This document shows, one piece after another, positions 12,528 through 25,380 of a DNA stretch of 64,000 nucleotides. How positions within the stretch are numbered: the stretch's first letter is position 1; the number at the start of each line of letters is the position of its first letter. A model generated the notes under the pieces. It had not been told where the DNA came from. It made no database searches and saw only the letters and a list, made by a program, of their open reading frames with translations. The stretch lies in NCBI GenBank assembly GCA_013265495.1, contig MU058065.1, positions 9,775,720-9,839,719 of the forward strand. The letters run 5' to 3'. The stretch comes from Vicugna vicugna. Taxonomy: Eukaryota. The translations under genes were made by a program, and so were the position numbers.

Positions 12528-12568
12528 AAAGTAAAATTATCAGCTCTTTTTTTTAAACTTTTTTTTTT
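12528..12568 (+). repeat. Right copy of L1 target-site duplication
   Basis: Identical to 7883-7923. On the minus strand it begins at a TT/AAAA endonuclease-type site (12570-12565). Confidence 0.85.
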
Positions 12569-12686
12569 AAGGGGGAACTAATTAGGTTATTTATTTATTA
12601 TTTATTTATTTTAATGGAGGTACTAGGGATTGAACCTAGAACCTTGTGCATGCTAAGCATGTGGTCTACCACTGAGCTACACCCTC
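12547..12686 (-). mobile_element. tRNA-derived SINE (vic-1-like, camelid)
   Basis: Minus strand reads gagggtgtagctcagtggtagaccacatgcttagcatgcacaaggttctaggttcaatccc with Pol III A/B boxes, then aaataaata...cctaatta and an A-tail. Homologous to the copies at 35091 and 50649. Confidence 0.9.
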
Positions 12687-12899
12687 ATGGCAGTTAGCTC
12701 TTGATGGCTCTCTTCAGTCTTGTTCTATCTGGGCCATCTCTGGGAGAGATTCCGTGGCACACTGCTTGTTTTTCAGCTGATACAGAAGAGAAATTTTGAT
12801 TTGGTTTTCTGTTCTCATCTTTCTGAGAAGTTACTACTTTATTTTTTAAATTATTAATTACTTGAAAAACTTGACTGAATGAATGAATAGATAAAGTTA

Positions 12900-14027
12900 T
12901 CTAGTGAAATGTCTTTCTCCCCTCGCACTCCCCAGTTGACTAAGTTCTCACTCCACTTCCATAGGTAACCATTGTTAATAGTTTATCATGTTTCTTTCTA
13001 TAATTTGTTTTTGCATACACAAGCAAATACAAATATAAATTGTTTCTTATTTCCTCATTATTCTGTAAAATAGAAAGGGTATACCATATGGCCTACATTT
13101 GAATTTTTGCTTCTATCTAACAGTGTCTCCTAGGACTTTCCAAATTTGGACACTGAATGATTTCTCATTCTCTTGTTTAGCTGTGTAATATTCCACTGTA
13201 TGAATAATTCACTTAATCAATCTCCATAGTTAAGCTTTAGGGGTTTTCCAATCATTTGCTCTTATGAACAATGCTGTAATGAGTAATCTTGTGCATTATT
13301 TATTTTGCACATGGGAAAATATGTTTGTAGCATAAATACCAAGAAGCAGAAGAACTGAGTCAAATGGTGTTCAGATTTGTAATATTGACAGATTATGCCA
13401 AATTACTACCCATAAGATTTCAGCAGTTTATATTCCTACCAAAGAAGTTTGAAAATGTTTGCTTCCCTATTCACTTGCTATATTAGTGTATTATCAAGCT
13501 TTTAGATTTTATCCATGCTGATAGGTGAGAAAGGGTATTCCAGTGTGATTTAAAATTTTCATTTCTCTAAATGTAAGATTGGGTATCTTTTCATAAGACT
13601 CCGAACATTTGTATTTCACTTTCTGTGAGATTTGTTTGTATATTTTTTCTCCTGGGTAATTGGTTTTTAATTATTTAAATAAGCTTTTAGGAGAATTTTA
13701 TGTATTAATATAGTTCTTTCTTTGTTATATGAATTGTAAATACTATTTTTGCAACCAGTTTATTTTTTGTCTTTTGGCTTTATTTTTATTTTATCTTGCT
13801 AGGTAGAAATCTTTTAAAATGTAGTCAATTTATCAATGTTTTCTTTTATGATTTTTGGATTTTGAATAGTATTTTGAAAGAAATTCTTGATATTAAGTTT
13901 ATAAAGAAATTTTCTTATACTTTCTCCCATGACTTAATTATTACATGTAAATCTTTGATCTGGAATTTGTCCTGGTATAATGTATAAGTTATACGTTATG
14001 AATATATATTTTTTCTAGATAGCTACC
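12900..14027 (-). mobile_element. Ancient L1M 3' segment (non-inverted arm)
   Basis: Degraded similarity to the ORF2 C-terminal region and 3' end, colinear with the young L1 at ~8500-9330. Confidence 0.7.
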
Positions 14028-15508
14028 TATCTAAATAGGAATAAGATGTCAATTCCCATTCTTACCACTTTTATTTGCCCTTGTGCTAGAGGTAATAATT
14101 CATGCAATTACCTAAAGAAAGACAATAGAGTTACAGAAATTTAAATAAGGTTAAAAAATTACTTTTTCTAAGCTATATGATTTTTTACCTGGAAAACCCA
14201 AGCGAATAAATGGAAAAAGAAATACTAAAACAATAAGAGATTAAGATAGTGTGGTAAAAATTCTATACATATAAATCATTGCTTTCATAGACAAAGGATG
14301 ACAGTTTTAAGATCTAATATAATTTTTTAAAATCCTATATATAATAGCAGCATAAAAATAAAATATCTAGGAATATACTTAATGAAGTATGTGCATGGTC
14401 TACATAAAGAAAAGTTTAGAACACTGTTAAAAGTCACCAAAAACTGCTGAACAAATTAAAAGATATATCTTGTTTTGGATAGTCATAGTCAATAAAGATA
14501 GTATAAGGATAAGTTAATTTATACATTGGAATGTCAATGAGAAGATCAATAGTATATTTAAAAAGTGTGAAAGAATTGATGTGAAAGAGTACACAGAAAA
14601 ATAAATATGAATAGCTAGTAAAATTCTAAAAAATAACATTGAAGAGAGGTCAGTATTGCCAGATATTAACTCTATTATGGAACCTCAGAATTTAGTGCAG
14701 TATGTTACCAGTGCATAGATAGACAGACCAGAGAAATAAATAGGAAGTTCAGAAATTCAGAAACCATAGTTTGGTGCAGCCACTGTGGAAAACAGTATGG
14801 AGATTCCTCAAAAGACTAGGAATAGACTTACCATATGACCCTGGAATCCCGCTCCTGGGCTTGTACCCAGAAGGAACCCTACTTCAGGATGACACCTGCA
14901 CCCCAATGTTCATAGCAGCACTATTTACAATAGCCAAGACATGGAGACAGCCTAAATGTCCATCAATGGATGACTGGATAAAGAAGATGTGGTATATATA
15001 TACAATGGAATACTACTCAGCCATAAAAACCGACAACATAACGCCATTTGCAGCAACATGGATGCTCCTAGAGAATGTCATTCTAAGTGAAGTAAGCCAG
15101 AAAGAGAAAGAAAAATACCATATGAGATCTCTCATATGTGGAATCTAAACAAACAAACAAACAAACAAACAAACAAAGCATAGTTGCCAAGGGAGGGTGG
15201 GAAGGGATAGACGGGATTTCAAAAGTGTAGAACAGATAAACAAGATTATAGTGTATAGCACAGGGAAATATACACAAGATCTTAAGGAAGCTCACAGAGA
15301 AAAAAATGTGACAATGAATATATATATGTTCATGTATAACTGAAAAATTGTGCTCTACACTGGAATTTGACACAACAATGTAAAATGATTATAAATCAAT
15401 AAAAAAATGTTAAAAAAATTCAGAAACCATCTAAAAAATAATGGAAATTTTGTACATGATAAGGGCACAGTCTTAACCTAGTGGGGAAAAGATGATGTTG
15501 GAACAACT
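14028..15508 (+). mobile_element. Ancient L1M ORF2 segment (inverted arm), interrupted by a young L1
   Basis: Degraded ORF2 from the '[13 protein letters not shown]'-like region to the 'DKG..QWGKD..CWNN'-like region. Confidence 0.7.
14768..15415 (+). mobile_element. Young 5'-truncated L1 (ORF2 C-terminus plus 3' UTR)
   Basis: ORF 14771-15148 is nearly identical to the C-terminus of the 1265-aa ORF2. 15-bp TSD aaattcagaaaccat at 14753-14767 and 15416-15430. Confidence 0.95.
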
Positions 15509-17943
15509 CATTTATTTTAAACTGCAAGCTGTGAATCATCCTATAAACTTAGTGAAAATTCTAAAATGCATCACAACAGCCTGGCATCCTGGAAAAGCTA
15601 ATAAAATTGAAGATGCACTCCGGGTTCTTACTAAACCCACAATTTCAGCAAAGAAATAACTTGTTCTTGTGCCAAAACGAAGCAAGTTGCCAAATTCCAT
15701 CTATAGAGATCAGAACAGGATTGATACGTATCATTTTTCCCCTCTCCAGCGGATAGGATATATGGAAGGGCAGGGGGATTGGGCTTCTGACAAAGCAAAG
15801 CTGAATACTTACGATCTCTAGGACTCGTTTGTAAAAATTGCTTTTAAACAATTCACTGCTTATTGGGGAAACAAGGTGCTATTCTTGAGAAATTTTAAAA
15901 ATACCTATTTCATTCAGCGTGAAGGAAACTTTTTGATAGGGTAGCTAGCCTTTATTGTCTTACAAGTAATTTTTGCTATTATTTTAATGTCAACATGGAG
16001 AAGACACGTAGGCCATTGAGAGTCCACCAGCAGGCAGGATATGGGGGGAGGCAAGCTGTGTGCAGTGTTAATTGCTTTCATTAGCACTCAGGAATTCATA
16101 GGGAAGTCGTTTGGCTGAGAGACTCAGCTCCAGGTTTTTCATCTCCAGGTGTTCTTATTCTAGGCTTGTTGCTTTACTGCCTTGCTTGCCTAATTTCACT
16201 TTCACCTATTTTCTAGGTTAAATCTGAATAAAATTTCTTTCGCTCTTTCTAAGCTATGGGGCAAGGTAGCAGTGTTGTATAGATTAACTAACTCAGGGTC
16301 TTAAAGTCATTGGATTCAGGGTGCAGTATAAATGCAAAGCAGGATGCACTGTAAAGCAAAATGCTAATTATTGCAGGCAATGCAGATGCTACTTTTAAAG
16401 GTACCAGATGTGTATCGCCTCTCAATATCAGGGGCTGGCTCCTGGAAAAGAACATGAGGCGTGTGAATGGTATAAACTGAGTAAAACAAATCACTGAGAA
16501 GTATAAAAACCATCATGCAAGCAGAGCTACAATTACCCTCAGAAAAATTAGAATGCCACCTTCTGGAAGACAGCCAGGTGAAATGAGCAAGAAGATATCT
16601 GATAAAATACTGGGTCCAAAACTTTTCTTAAAACACTGATGAAGTATACTTTTGTTTGTTTTCTTTGTACACTATTGTGTGGTTCAGTAAGAGAGTGGGA
16701 CGCCACTCAGTAGACTTGGACAGCACAATCTAAATTGTGAGAATTTTTCAAGATTTTTTGGTCTAGTGTAGGCTCATGATGTTAGAGCAACACTGGGCAT
16801 TTAGTTTATAACAGATTTATTATGTGCCATGAATACCAAGGAAACACATAGGTGTTCATGGAGAAATTGCATTGCTTTCTACTATCCACAAGGTTAAGTT
16901 GGTCTTTTAATTAATTTATTTGTGTCCCATATCCCAAAAGGTTTGTCCAGTAAGGACACATCAATTTGGGCTAAGAGACTGGAGGAAATGGCAAAGGAAG
17001 CATCTGCCAACTACAAGGGTAGACAGAGTTGCTTTGAGTAGATGTAAGAATTTCCATCTAGCCATGTCAAAGGAGGAGACCTAGTAAATTGCATCATTGT
17101 TGTTATCAGAAAGGAGGGACCATATCCGTTCTTCAAGAGATAGTTTTACCCACTGATCCTGAATGCAATTTAATACATAGCATCTAATAAAGGGATATCT
17201 AAACAACATGATGTGTTTTTGATGACAGTTTTCTAAAAAAAAAAGGAGAAGGAACTTGAAATATAACTTTGACTCAGTTCTGAAAATCATAATATCCTAT
17301 AGATATAGAATATCCAATAGATGAAAATTGTACTACCCTAATATCCGTATAGCATATGGGAGATTAAAAAAACCCTGCAACTTCACACATATTTAGTGCT
17401 GGGCCCTTCATCTTATGGTAAAATCCTCTGTATAGATATTGCAGAGACCCCAAGGTCCAATATGAATACAGAAATGGACAAAAACAACGATGTTGGAAGT
17501 TTCTAAAATCCATCCTATACAGAAACATTTCATCATTTCAATTGAAAAAGGGACCTTGTATTAGGGTAATTTCTGGATTTTTTTTTCTTGACAGGTTCCA
17601 TTATCTTTTTCTATGACTCCATTCTGTCTAGCATAATTTCATCCATGAGATTTAATATTTAAATCCCTTCCAAAATAATAAAGCAGGATGTACTTGAAGA
17701 GCCCCTGTTAGTGACTTGGCAGTTTCAGGGTCTGAACTGAGCTGCCCACACAAATGGTCAGTGAAAGTCACCAAGAAGAGGAATAATCTCTTGGGACCTC
17801 CCCCCATATCCTCCTTCTCACTCTCCTTCTCACTCACCTTGCCCCCCTGTTTCAGAGGAAATAGAAGCTGATACTCCGAAATGGCCTCTGCTTCTTGCTT
17901 TCCCTCTACCAAGTGCCTGCCTTCCACCCTTGTCCCTTCACTC

Positions 17944-18272
17944 TGTTAAAAGATGAACTGAGGAGTATTAAACATATTAAGAGTTCATTTGACCAAGAAA
18001 TGACTGGAGTTGGGTGGTGCCAAACCAGAAGTGGTTAAGAGCATGCCACCCACAGGAGCTAGGCTCTTTTATACAGAAAAGGTGAAATCAAAGCAAGGAA
18101 ATGATTGTCTGTAGCTTAAAGCCTCACTAGCTGTTTGTGATTGGTTGTCCTTAAGTTTCAGTTCTGTAAGCTTGTGGCATTACAGGCTTAGGTTTTGGTT
18201 CACTTGTGTGGGCCACTAAGGCATTAGGGCCACCTCAGTCTAATGGCCTCCTTGTTTAATTAATCCTTAACA
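17944..18272. mobile_element. Solo LTR (ERV1-like)
   Basis: Terminal inverted repeats tgttaa...ttaaca. Flanks actc / cctc are consistent with a decayed 4-bp TSD. Confidence 0.7.
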
Positions 18273-18699
18273 CCTCCTTTCATCTGTGCCAAAGCATCTC
18301 TCTCTACCTGGAACCTTAATCCTTCTGCCTTCTCTGGGATTTCTTCGTAAACACTCTTGATTCTCTGCTTCTTTCCATCCATCTCTGCAGTCACATCTTT
18401 GGGAAAGGCAATAGTTACAAAAGGGATGGCCGAGATGATGACAGCCGTCCTTTTCTGCCCAGTTTCTTCTTCCTCTTTCCAGCCAACCGTCCTGACATTT
18501 ACAGCCTACTTCCACCTCTTCATTTCCTGTACTGTCTTCAGTTTGCTGCCGTGTGGCTTCTCCCTCCACTCTGCATGCAAACAGCGCACTGATAATGTCG
18601 CTCATAATGTCCTTGTCGCTACATCCCGTGGAGCCTCCAGAACCCTTATCTTCTGGCCTCTCAGCAGCCTTGGAGCTCTCCTCCCTTCCTGACACTCTT

Positions 18700-19030
18700 A
18701 GTCTCTTTGCTCCGGGACACACAGCTCTTCTGACTGCCTGCTACCCTCAGGGCTTGTTTCCAGTCTCCTTTGTGAGACTTCTCTTCTGCCAATCTCTTGA
18801 ATTTGGGGGAATTCTCTTTCCAGCTTTCTTTTAATTTCACACAGCACACTTGCTATGGGGAAATCTCATCTACCCCCATGGTTTTAATTACTCTGTCTTG
18901 AACTTCAGGTTTTCACATCCAACTGCCTACTGGACAGCACCTGCTGGAGAAACAGCAGGTCCCCTAAACTTCAGGCCTGAATTCATGTCTTGGCCCTTAA
19001 CTTGCTCTCTGTGTGCCCTCTGTAAACACC
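18700..19030. mobile_element. L2 relic
   Basis: 'ggggaaatctcatctacccccatggttttaattac...catccaactgcctactggacagcacc' is L2-like. Confidence 0.55.
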
Positions 19031-20574
19031 CCTCATAACCCAAGAATTACTAGCTTGGTGTTTGCTGTTTTCAAATTCAAATAACACAAATGAGGTAATG
19101 CATCTTCTAAGAGTGTATTTGAAAACATTTTCAAAATGTGACAGAGTTTTTGCTGTGCCAGATGTGAGAACCTGGAATGAAGGCATTGCTCTTGAATGTG
19201 TTGTCTTTTTTTTTCCTTAATTGAGATGTAACTGACGTATAACATTATTGAATCTGTTGTCTTAAGTCTACCCCAAGATCCATAATGGTGGGAATCCAAA
19301 TTTGGGCAGACTGATAGAGAAGAAATTTCTGGCTAGGAACCTCTGAAACCGGGGTCTTGGGGCAATTACAAGGTCACTTGCACACAGAGCAGCTCCTGTG
19401 CTTCAGACTTGAAGCCCCTGGGAAGCCTCTAATTCCCCGTTTAATAGTTAGGTGCTGGGATTTCATCTCACTATTATAAATTATTCAGCTCACATTCATA
19501 AGTTCTTCTAAGAGGTTTGTACTAGCACCTGTAGAGGCGTGATGTGATCCACAAAGACAAAGTCACGTCCTGCCCTGCAGAAGTACAATCCAGAGGTCCC
19601 CTGCTGCTCTTAAGAGTTGCTACCATACACCTTAAAGGAAATACCAATTCCTGCCCCAGGAGTTTTGCAGATGTCCAGGGAGTTGACTTCTCCTTGTCAT
19701 CTTGGGCTCTGATTTCTTACTGATGCTGGATTTTCATTGTTTATTTTGTGTTTTGCGGCTGTTCCTTTTCTCTGCCCTGGCATCAACCCGGACACGGGAC
19801 ACTTTTCTTCTCCTTGAGTCTTTCCCCTCACATTCCTAAAATATCACTCTGGGAAGCAGCTATGTGTGGTGGCATTTCACTGAAGAAATGGGTAACAGTG
19901 AAGGAAGTTGTATGGCATTCCAGAGTCAGATCATCTAAAATTGAACATTGGGTTCTTTACAAAGTCCCTCAGCCGTTCTCCCAGCCTGAGTTCTGGATGC
20001 CTGCTATGTTGTTTGGCGCTCTCTCTTTCCTCTCTGTGCTGCCTTTCAGCCACTCCAAAAAGAAAAATAATATTTTCTCAGACTTGTTTGTGCTGAGAAA
20101 TCCAGCTCTCTCCAGTCCCTATCCATTAACCTGCTGGGGCTTCCTCTGCATGGCTGTGATTCACCAGTGCACTTGGCTAAACAAGACACCAAGTATTCCA
20201 TGTCCCACCGTTCTCTTTTCTCCCCAATTATGTGACTCATGTCACCGCCACCACCTGCACCTCTGCTTCTCTGAAGGCACAAGAGGCTATCGCCACATTT
20301 GGTTTAAGTGACATTTTCTCCCATTTCCCTTACAGAAACTCGTGACCTAGGAAAAACTTGGAAGAAAAAGAGTTCCTTTATTGAATGCATTACTTCAACG
20401 TTGAAGGGCAAGGGCCAAGTCTTGTTCACCTTTGTATTCCTACCCCCTAGTCATATACAGAGCAGCCACTCAACACATAGTTATTGTATGAATGAGTTTA
20501 CCGGTCCAGGAGAGCTACATTGGGGTTAAATGTGTTTCTATTTTATCTATTTTTAATTTTTTTCTTGTCAAATA

Positions 20575-20637
20575 ATATATATATTTTTGAAGTATAGTTG
20601 ATTTACAATATTGTGTTAATTTCTGGGGTACAGCATA

Positions 20638-20680
<43 letters not shown>

Positions 20681-20930
20681 TATATATATATTCCTTTTTA
20701 TGTTCTTTTTCGTTATAGGCTATTACAAGGTATTGAATATAGTTCCCCGTGCTATACAGTAGGACCTTGTTGTTTTTTTATTTTATATATAGTAGTTAGT
20801 ATCTATGAATCCTGAATTCCCAATTTATCCCTCCTCACCCCCTTCCCCGCCGGGTAACCATTAGTTTGTTTTCTATGTCTGTAAGTCTGTCTCTGTTTTG
20901 TAAATAAGTTCATTTGTGTCTTTTTTTTTA
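20575..20930 (-). mobile_element. L1 3'-end fragment (older lineage-specific subfamily)
   Basis: 'gaagtatagttgatttacaatattgtg...tatagttccccgtgctatacagtaggaccttg...ggtaaccattagtttgttttctatgtctg', homologous to the 3' UTR at ~8050-8310. Confidence 0.85.
20641..20691. repeat. (TA)n microsatellite, ~25 units, one interruption
   Basis: Visible in the sequence. Confidence 0.95.
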
Positions 20931-23900
20931 ATAGCTCCTATTATCTCATCTATACTGTATCCTAGTATATTCAGGGCACTATTAATTTGAAAACAGCTAT
21001 GGTCATCCAGCTTGCCTTCTTTTCACAGCATTCTTATTGACATCTAAGGCAAACAGTGAGGATCTGGAAAAACATTTTGACTTTGCTGAGTGTGGCAATG
21101 TTCTCCTCAGGGGCCCTGGCTACCGGTGTCCCTGAGATGGGATGAACTTTTGACTCCGGGCACAGCACAAAGCCTCAAGCTGTTCCCTGTGGGAGTGAAG
21201 AGCTTGGATGGGGTTAAAGACTTTGGTGGCTTCTGCTAATGTTTTAAGGCAGCTTCACCTGTATTTGCATCAGCAAGAAGGTCTGTGCCCGAGAAGCACG
21301 CACGCCAGCCAAAGATCAAAGCTTGTTTGGAATATGTCATCCAGGATTCCTGGGACTCTAGCTATTGGAACCAACATCTGACAATTATGTTTTTCTTTAA
21401 ATAAACCCCAACAGCTTTGCCACCGGCAGTTGTCCCCAGTGTGTTTTTAAGGCATTGTGTCCTTGAAAGGAGTTTCATCTCTTACATAGCCGCTTTATTT
21501 TCTCAGGTGAAGTGATCTCATGAAACCATTTTAACTTAATGAAATTACTAGCTTGCGCCGAAGAGTTTTACATTTGAATAGGGCATTTCTTTACTTCCAA
21601 AGTAGCTTTTCAGTGAGAAAGCTGACGGTGATATAGCTGTTGACCTTAAAGATGAAATATTTACCCTTCCATGCTGTGTACTTTCTCAGGAGAAAGTTAT
21701 GTTGTTTTCTCAGTCCTTCAGTGAAATATTGTGGTCCTTCACAGAGGTAGAACGTTTTGGATTTTAGATCAACAATGTCACAGTTTTCTTTACCTTTGTC
21801 ACCCACTGCCTGTGTTTTGTTTGGAAGCCAGAACAGCAGAGCTGCTGGTGCTGTTTGAGCAGATTTCTTTGTTGTGTTCTCTCCTTGTTTTGAAAGCCAT
21901 AAGAATTGCTACTCAATAAAAAAAATAACAGTTGAGCTTCATTTTAGGATTGGTGTTGTGACTCCAGCAGTGAGCGCAGCAGCGTGCTCTGGAGGAAGCT
22001 TTTAGGAGACTCCATAATTTCTTCCTGACTCCAGCTGGTGATCAGTTTATGCCCTGAAGCTTGGGGATGAATAGCCCTTGTAATTCCCATCCTAGGGTGG
22101 GTGCATTCTGCTTTGCCCCTGTCAGAAAAGGAAATCTGAAAAGTGACTGACAATGTTATTCCTCTGAAAGCCGGTGGAAAAACACCTTAGATTAATAGCT
22201 TCTTACTTGCTAAGAGAAGGCGTCTTGTATGTCACATTAGAATGCTGTTCAATGACTGTAACCCATTAGGGTGTTTATGGTCCATTTATGGTTTTGTTCT
22301 CTTCCCTTGCCTTTAACATATTATTTCATTCACTCAATAACTTAATCATTCTATGATTCTTGTATTCTTTATTCATGTATTCTTTTATTCAACACAAATC
22401 TATTAAGCATCTTTGACTTACAAGATACTATATAGGATAATTGACTCTGTCCTCCTCAAAAAAACAAAAAACAAGATAGGTTCCTGACATCCAGGGGTTT
22501 ACAAGCTGATAGGGCAGATAAGAATTGGATGTGTACAACACAGGTTGGTTAAAAACACCTTTACGTTCTATGCTTTTAAAATTTTAATTTTTTTTACAAT
22601 TTCCAAATTACTTCCCACTGGATGATCTGATGTTCACATCGTTTGTAGAGCTGGGATTAGACTCCATATCTCCTGATTGTCTTTGCTCTTGTGATTTTGA
22701 CTTTACCGTCCTCCTGCCAACTGTATCTTAAACTTAGCATTAAAACTACACTTTATACATTTCTTTTTCTGCAGATTTTGTCAAGGAATGCATCAGGATG
22801 TTTTCTTTCATCATCATCATTCTCCCTGCGTCATCCAAGTTGTTAATTATGGTGTTTCTTTGCATGCTTGTTTCTCTCACATATCCTGAGACCATTTGAA
22901 AACAGGGGCACATTGTAATTAGAATGTTCGCCCAGAAGAGTGGATGCCAGACTGCATTTCTGGGGGGGACGGCAGCAAGAGACAAACAAAATATTCTAAA
23001 AGCTACCGATAACTACCACTTAAAATACGTGAGAAGAGGAAAGAATTCCCTTCTTTAGCAGATACAGTTAATTTACTTTTAAGAAGGGACACGACCATCT
23101 GGAGCAGATTGTACTGGTCGTTTAACCCACAAAGGGGAAAAATAAAATTATATCTCCCAAATAAACTTTACTCTCAATTATAATCTCTATGGTCTCTTCC
23201 AGCTTTAAAATTCTATGGTTCTAATTATGTTCTCCATGATTGTGTGTCTTAACTTCTCTATCAAAGAAAAAAAAAAAAGACTATGAGCTCAGGGTAAAGC
23301 GGGTATATGAAAACAACCAGTTAACATGGTTAACACGGCACATATAGAAAGTGAAGGCAGGTCATTCTCTGCCCACCCCCCCGCCCCCAGCTTATGTGAC
23401 TCAGTTCCCTTTGTGACATGTAAGTCCAACCTGAAAGAAGATCCACGTTGATGGGTCTATGGGCAAACAAACTATCACAAGGTTTGTTTTTTTCTAGTAA
23501 AACATTTTCATATTTGTTATCATAACAACCCTGTGATGTAGGCAAATCAGCGATTCTACAAAATTTTTTTTCTTTCTCAAAATACCTGAGTGACATAATA
23601 CACTCAATCAATATTATTGCTCATGATGGCAGTGGTTCTCAACAGGAGGGCTTTTCCATTCTCTGCAGGACGTGTATTGGAAATCCGAGGAGGGGTGTCT
23701 GCTCCACAGGGAGTTTAATTTTCACCTCACTGTCAACCAAAAAAAAAAGCCCCTCCCAACCTCTTTCAGTTGTAAGTTTTTATTTCTAACGGAATGACCC
23801 TCTCTGATTATGTGGGAGTCCTTTAAATGTCAGTTGACAGAGATCAGAGGAGTCATCAGGATTTGTTCACAACCAGAGTGGAGGGGTCAGGAGGGAGGGA

Positions 23901-24269
23901 CACTGGGGGCGGGCCACTTTTCCAACTAATCTCTACCTCAAGATAGGTTGGGTGGACACAGAGACCATGTGATGGTACCATGGGAGGAACCCTTTTGGAG
24001 AACGCTGAGGTTAATCAGCTGTGCAAATCGTATCTTCCAGTTATTTGAACTTGTTTGCTATCCTGATTACGAGGATACCTTTCATTTATATCATAGGGAA
24101 GAGTAATTACATGCTTATCTCCATGTGGTATGTTTCACAAAATGACCTTAGACATAAACCCTCCTATCTTTCAAAGAAAGAGAATACTGGCAAAACATAT
24201 GAATGTTAGCTTATGTTTATTTCTCAGGGTGGTTTATTTATTTATCAGCAGTTTACACAAGGCGGGGGC

Positions 24270-25380
24270 GGGTAGTGATAATACCTCCTGAAGGACATAG
24301 GATTTGAGCAATCTAGACGATGAGTAGCATGTGACAAGGCGAAATGTGTGTTGGGATATTGGTGGATATTATTCTAACCAAAGTGAAGTGATTGTTTTGA
24401 AAAGTATGTCCTATAATTTGTTCGCAAAAGAAAGAGGGGTTGAGGGTCTGGAATAACCCTAACCCTAAGCCTAATAAGTGTGGGCAGAGGGAAAATTGGA
24501 GTAACAGACTCCTGTCATGTCAAGAGGATCTTTAGTGTCAGATTAACCATTCTTGAGGTAGGAACAGTATAGAAAATTTTTGAGCAAGGATATGTCGCGA
24601 TTAGATTGATGTTTGCAAAAGCGAATCTTGTAGCAATGTGTGTAACAGAGATGAATTAGGAGGTTCTTGCAATGCTCCAGGTGGAAGTTTCCAGGGCAGA
24701 AATTAGGATAGCAGCAGGACCTTATCTGGAGGTAAAAAATACAGGAGAAATGGAGGTAGAGCCACAAGATTTGAAACTGACTGGATATGAATTTGGGGTA
24801 TTGTAAACTGTTAGGGATGAGTTGAAGTTGGTTGGCTAGTAGGTATATAGAATGTATTTTCCCACCGAAATAATACTATAGTGGGTATGTCCCCAGTTTT
24901 ATCCATGAAACACTAATTCATAGCATGGCTTCTAAATTAGAAAAACAGGGTGAGAATGGCATTCAGCGATCAATGCAAGGGATGGGACAGAGTTAATCAA
25001 GAAGGTTTGCATCAGCTTGGGTGTGGGAGACAAGAGAAGGAGAAGATGATTCTAAATTTTTGTTCTGCGTGAATAAATAATGATATTATTCATGGAAATG
25101 AGAATACAGAAGGAGTTTTGGACCAGCAGAATTTGAGTTGGTGGCTGTGTGTCAAAGTATATTGCTGCCCAGCTCTGGGGACATCATTAGTACCCTCCGA
25201 AAGACCAATCAAAATTTGGGCCTGGAGTTTACAGATAGCTGGGTTTTAGAGAGAGGTTGATAATCATTTCTGTAGAGGTGATAGTTGAAATCGCAAGGAT
25301 GAATGGGATGCTGTTGCTTAAGAATACATGCAAAAAGAAGAGAGAAGGGGCCAGGAGAGATCTTTGGAGAAAATATGAGA
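24270..25380. mobile_element. Fragmented L2 relic
   Basis: Purine-rich L2-like blocks, e.g. 'ggagatgagaagatgattctaaatttttg'-like and 'aaatttgggcctggagtttacagatagc...ggtgatagttgaaatc'. Confidence 0.45.

Noticed and set aside
19748..20311. 187-aa plus-strand ORF
   Set aside because: Non-ATG start, no recognisable domain and no splice context; consistent with chance.
24454..24474. TAACCC TAACCC TAAGCC TAA telomere-like motif
   Set aside because: Only two perfect units, too short to call an interstitial telomere.
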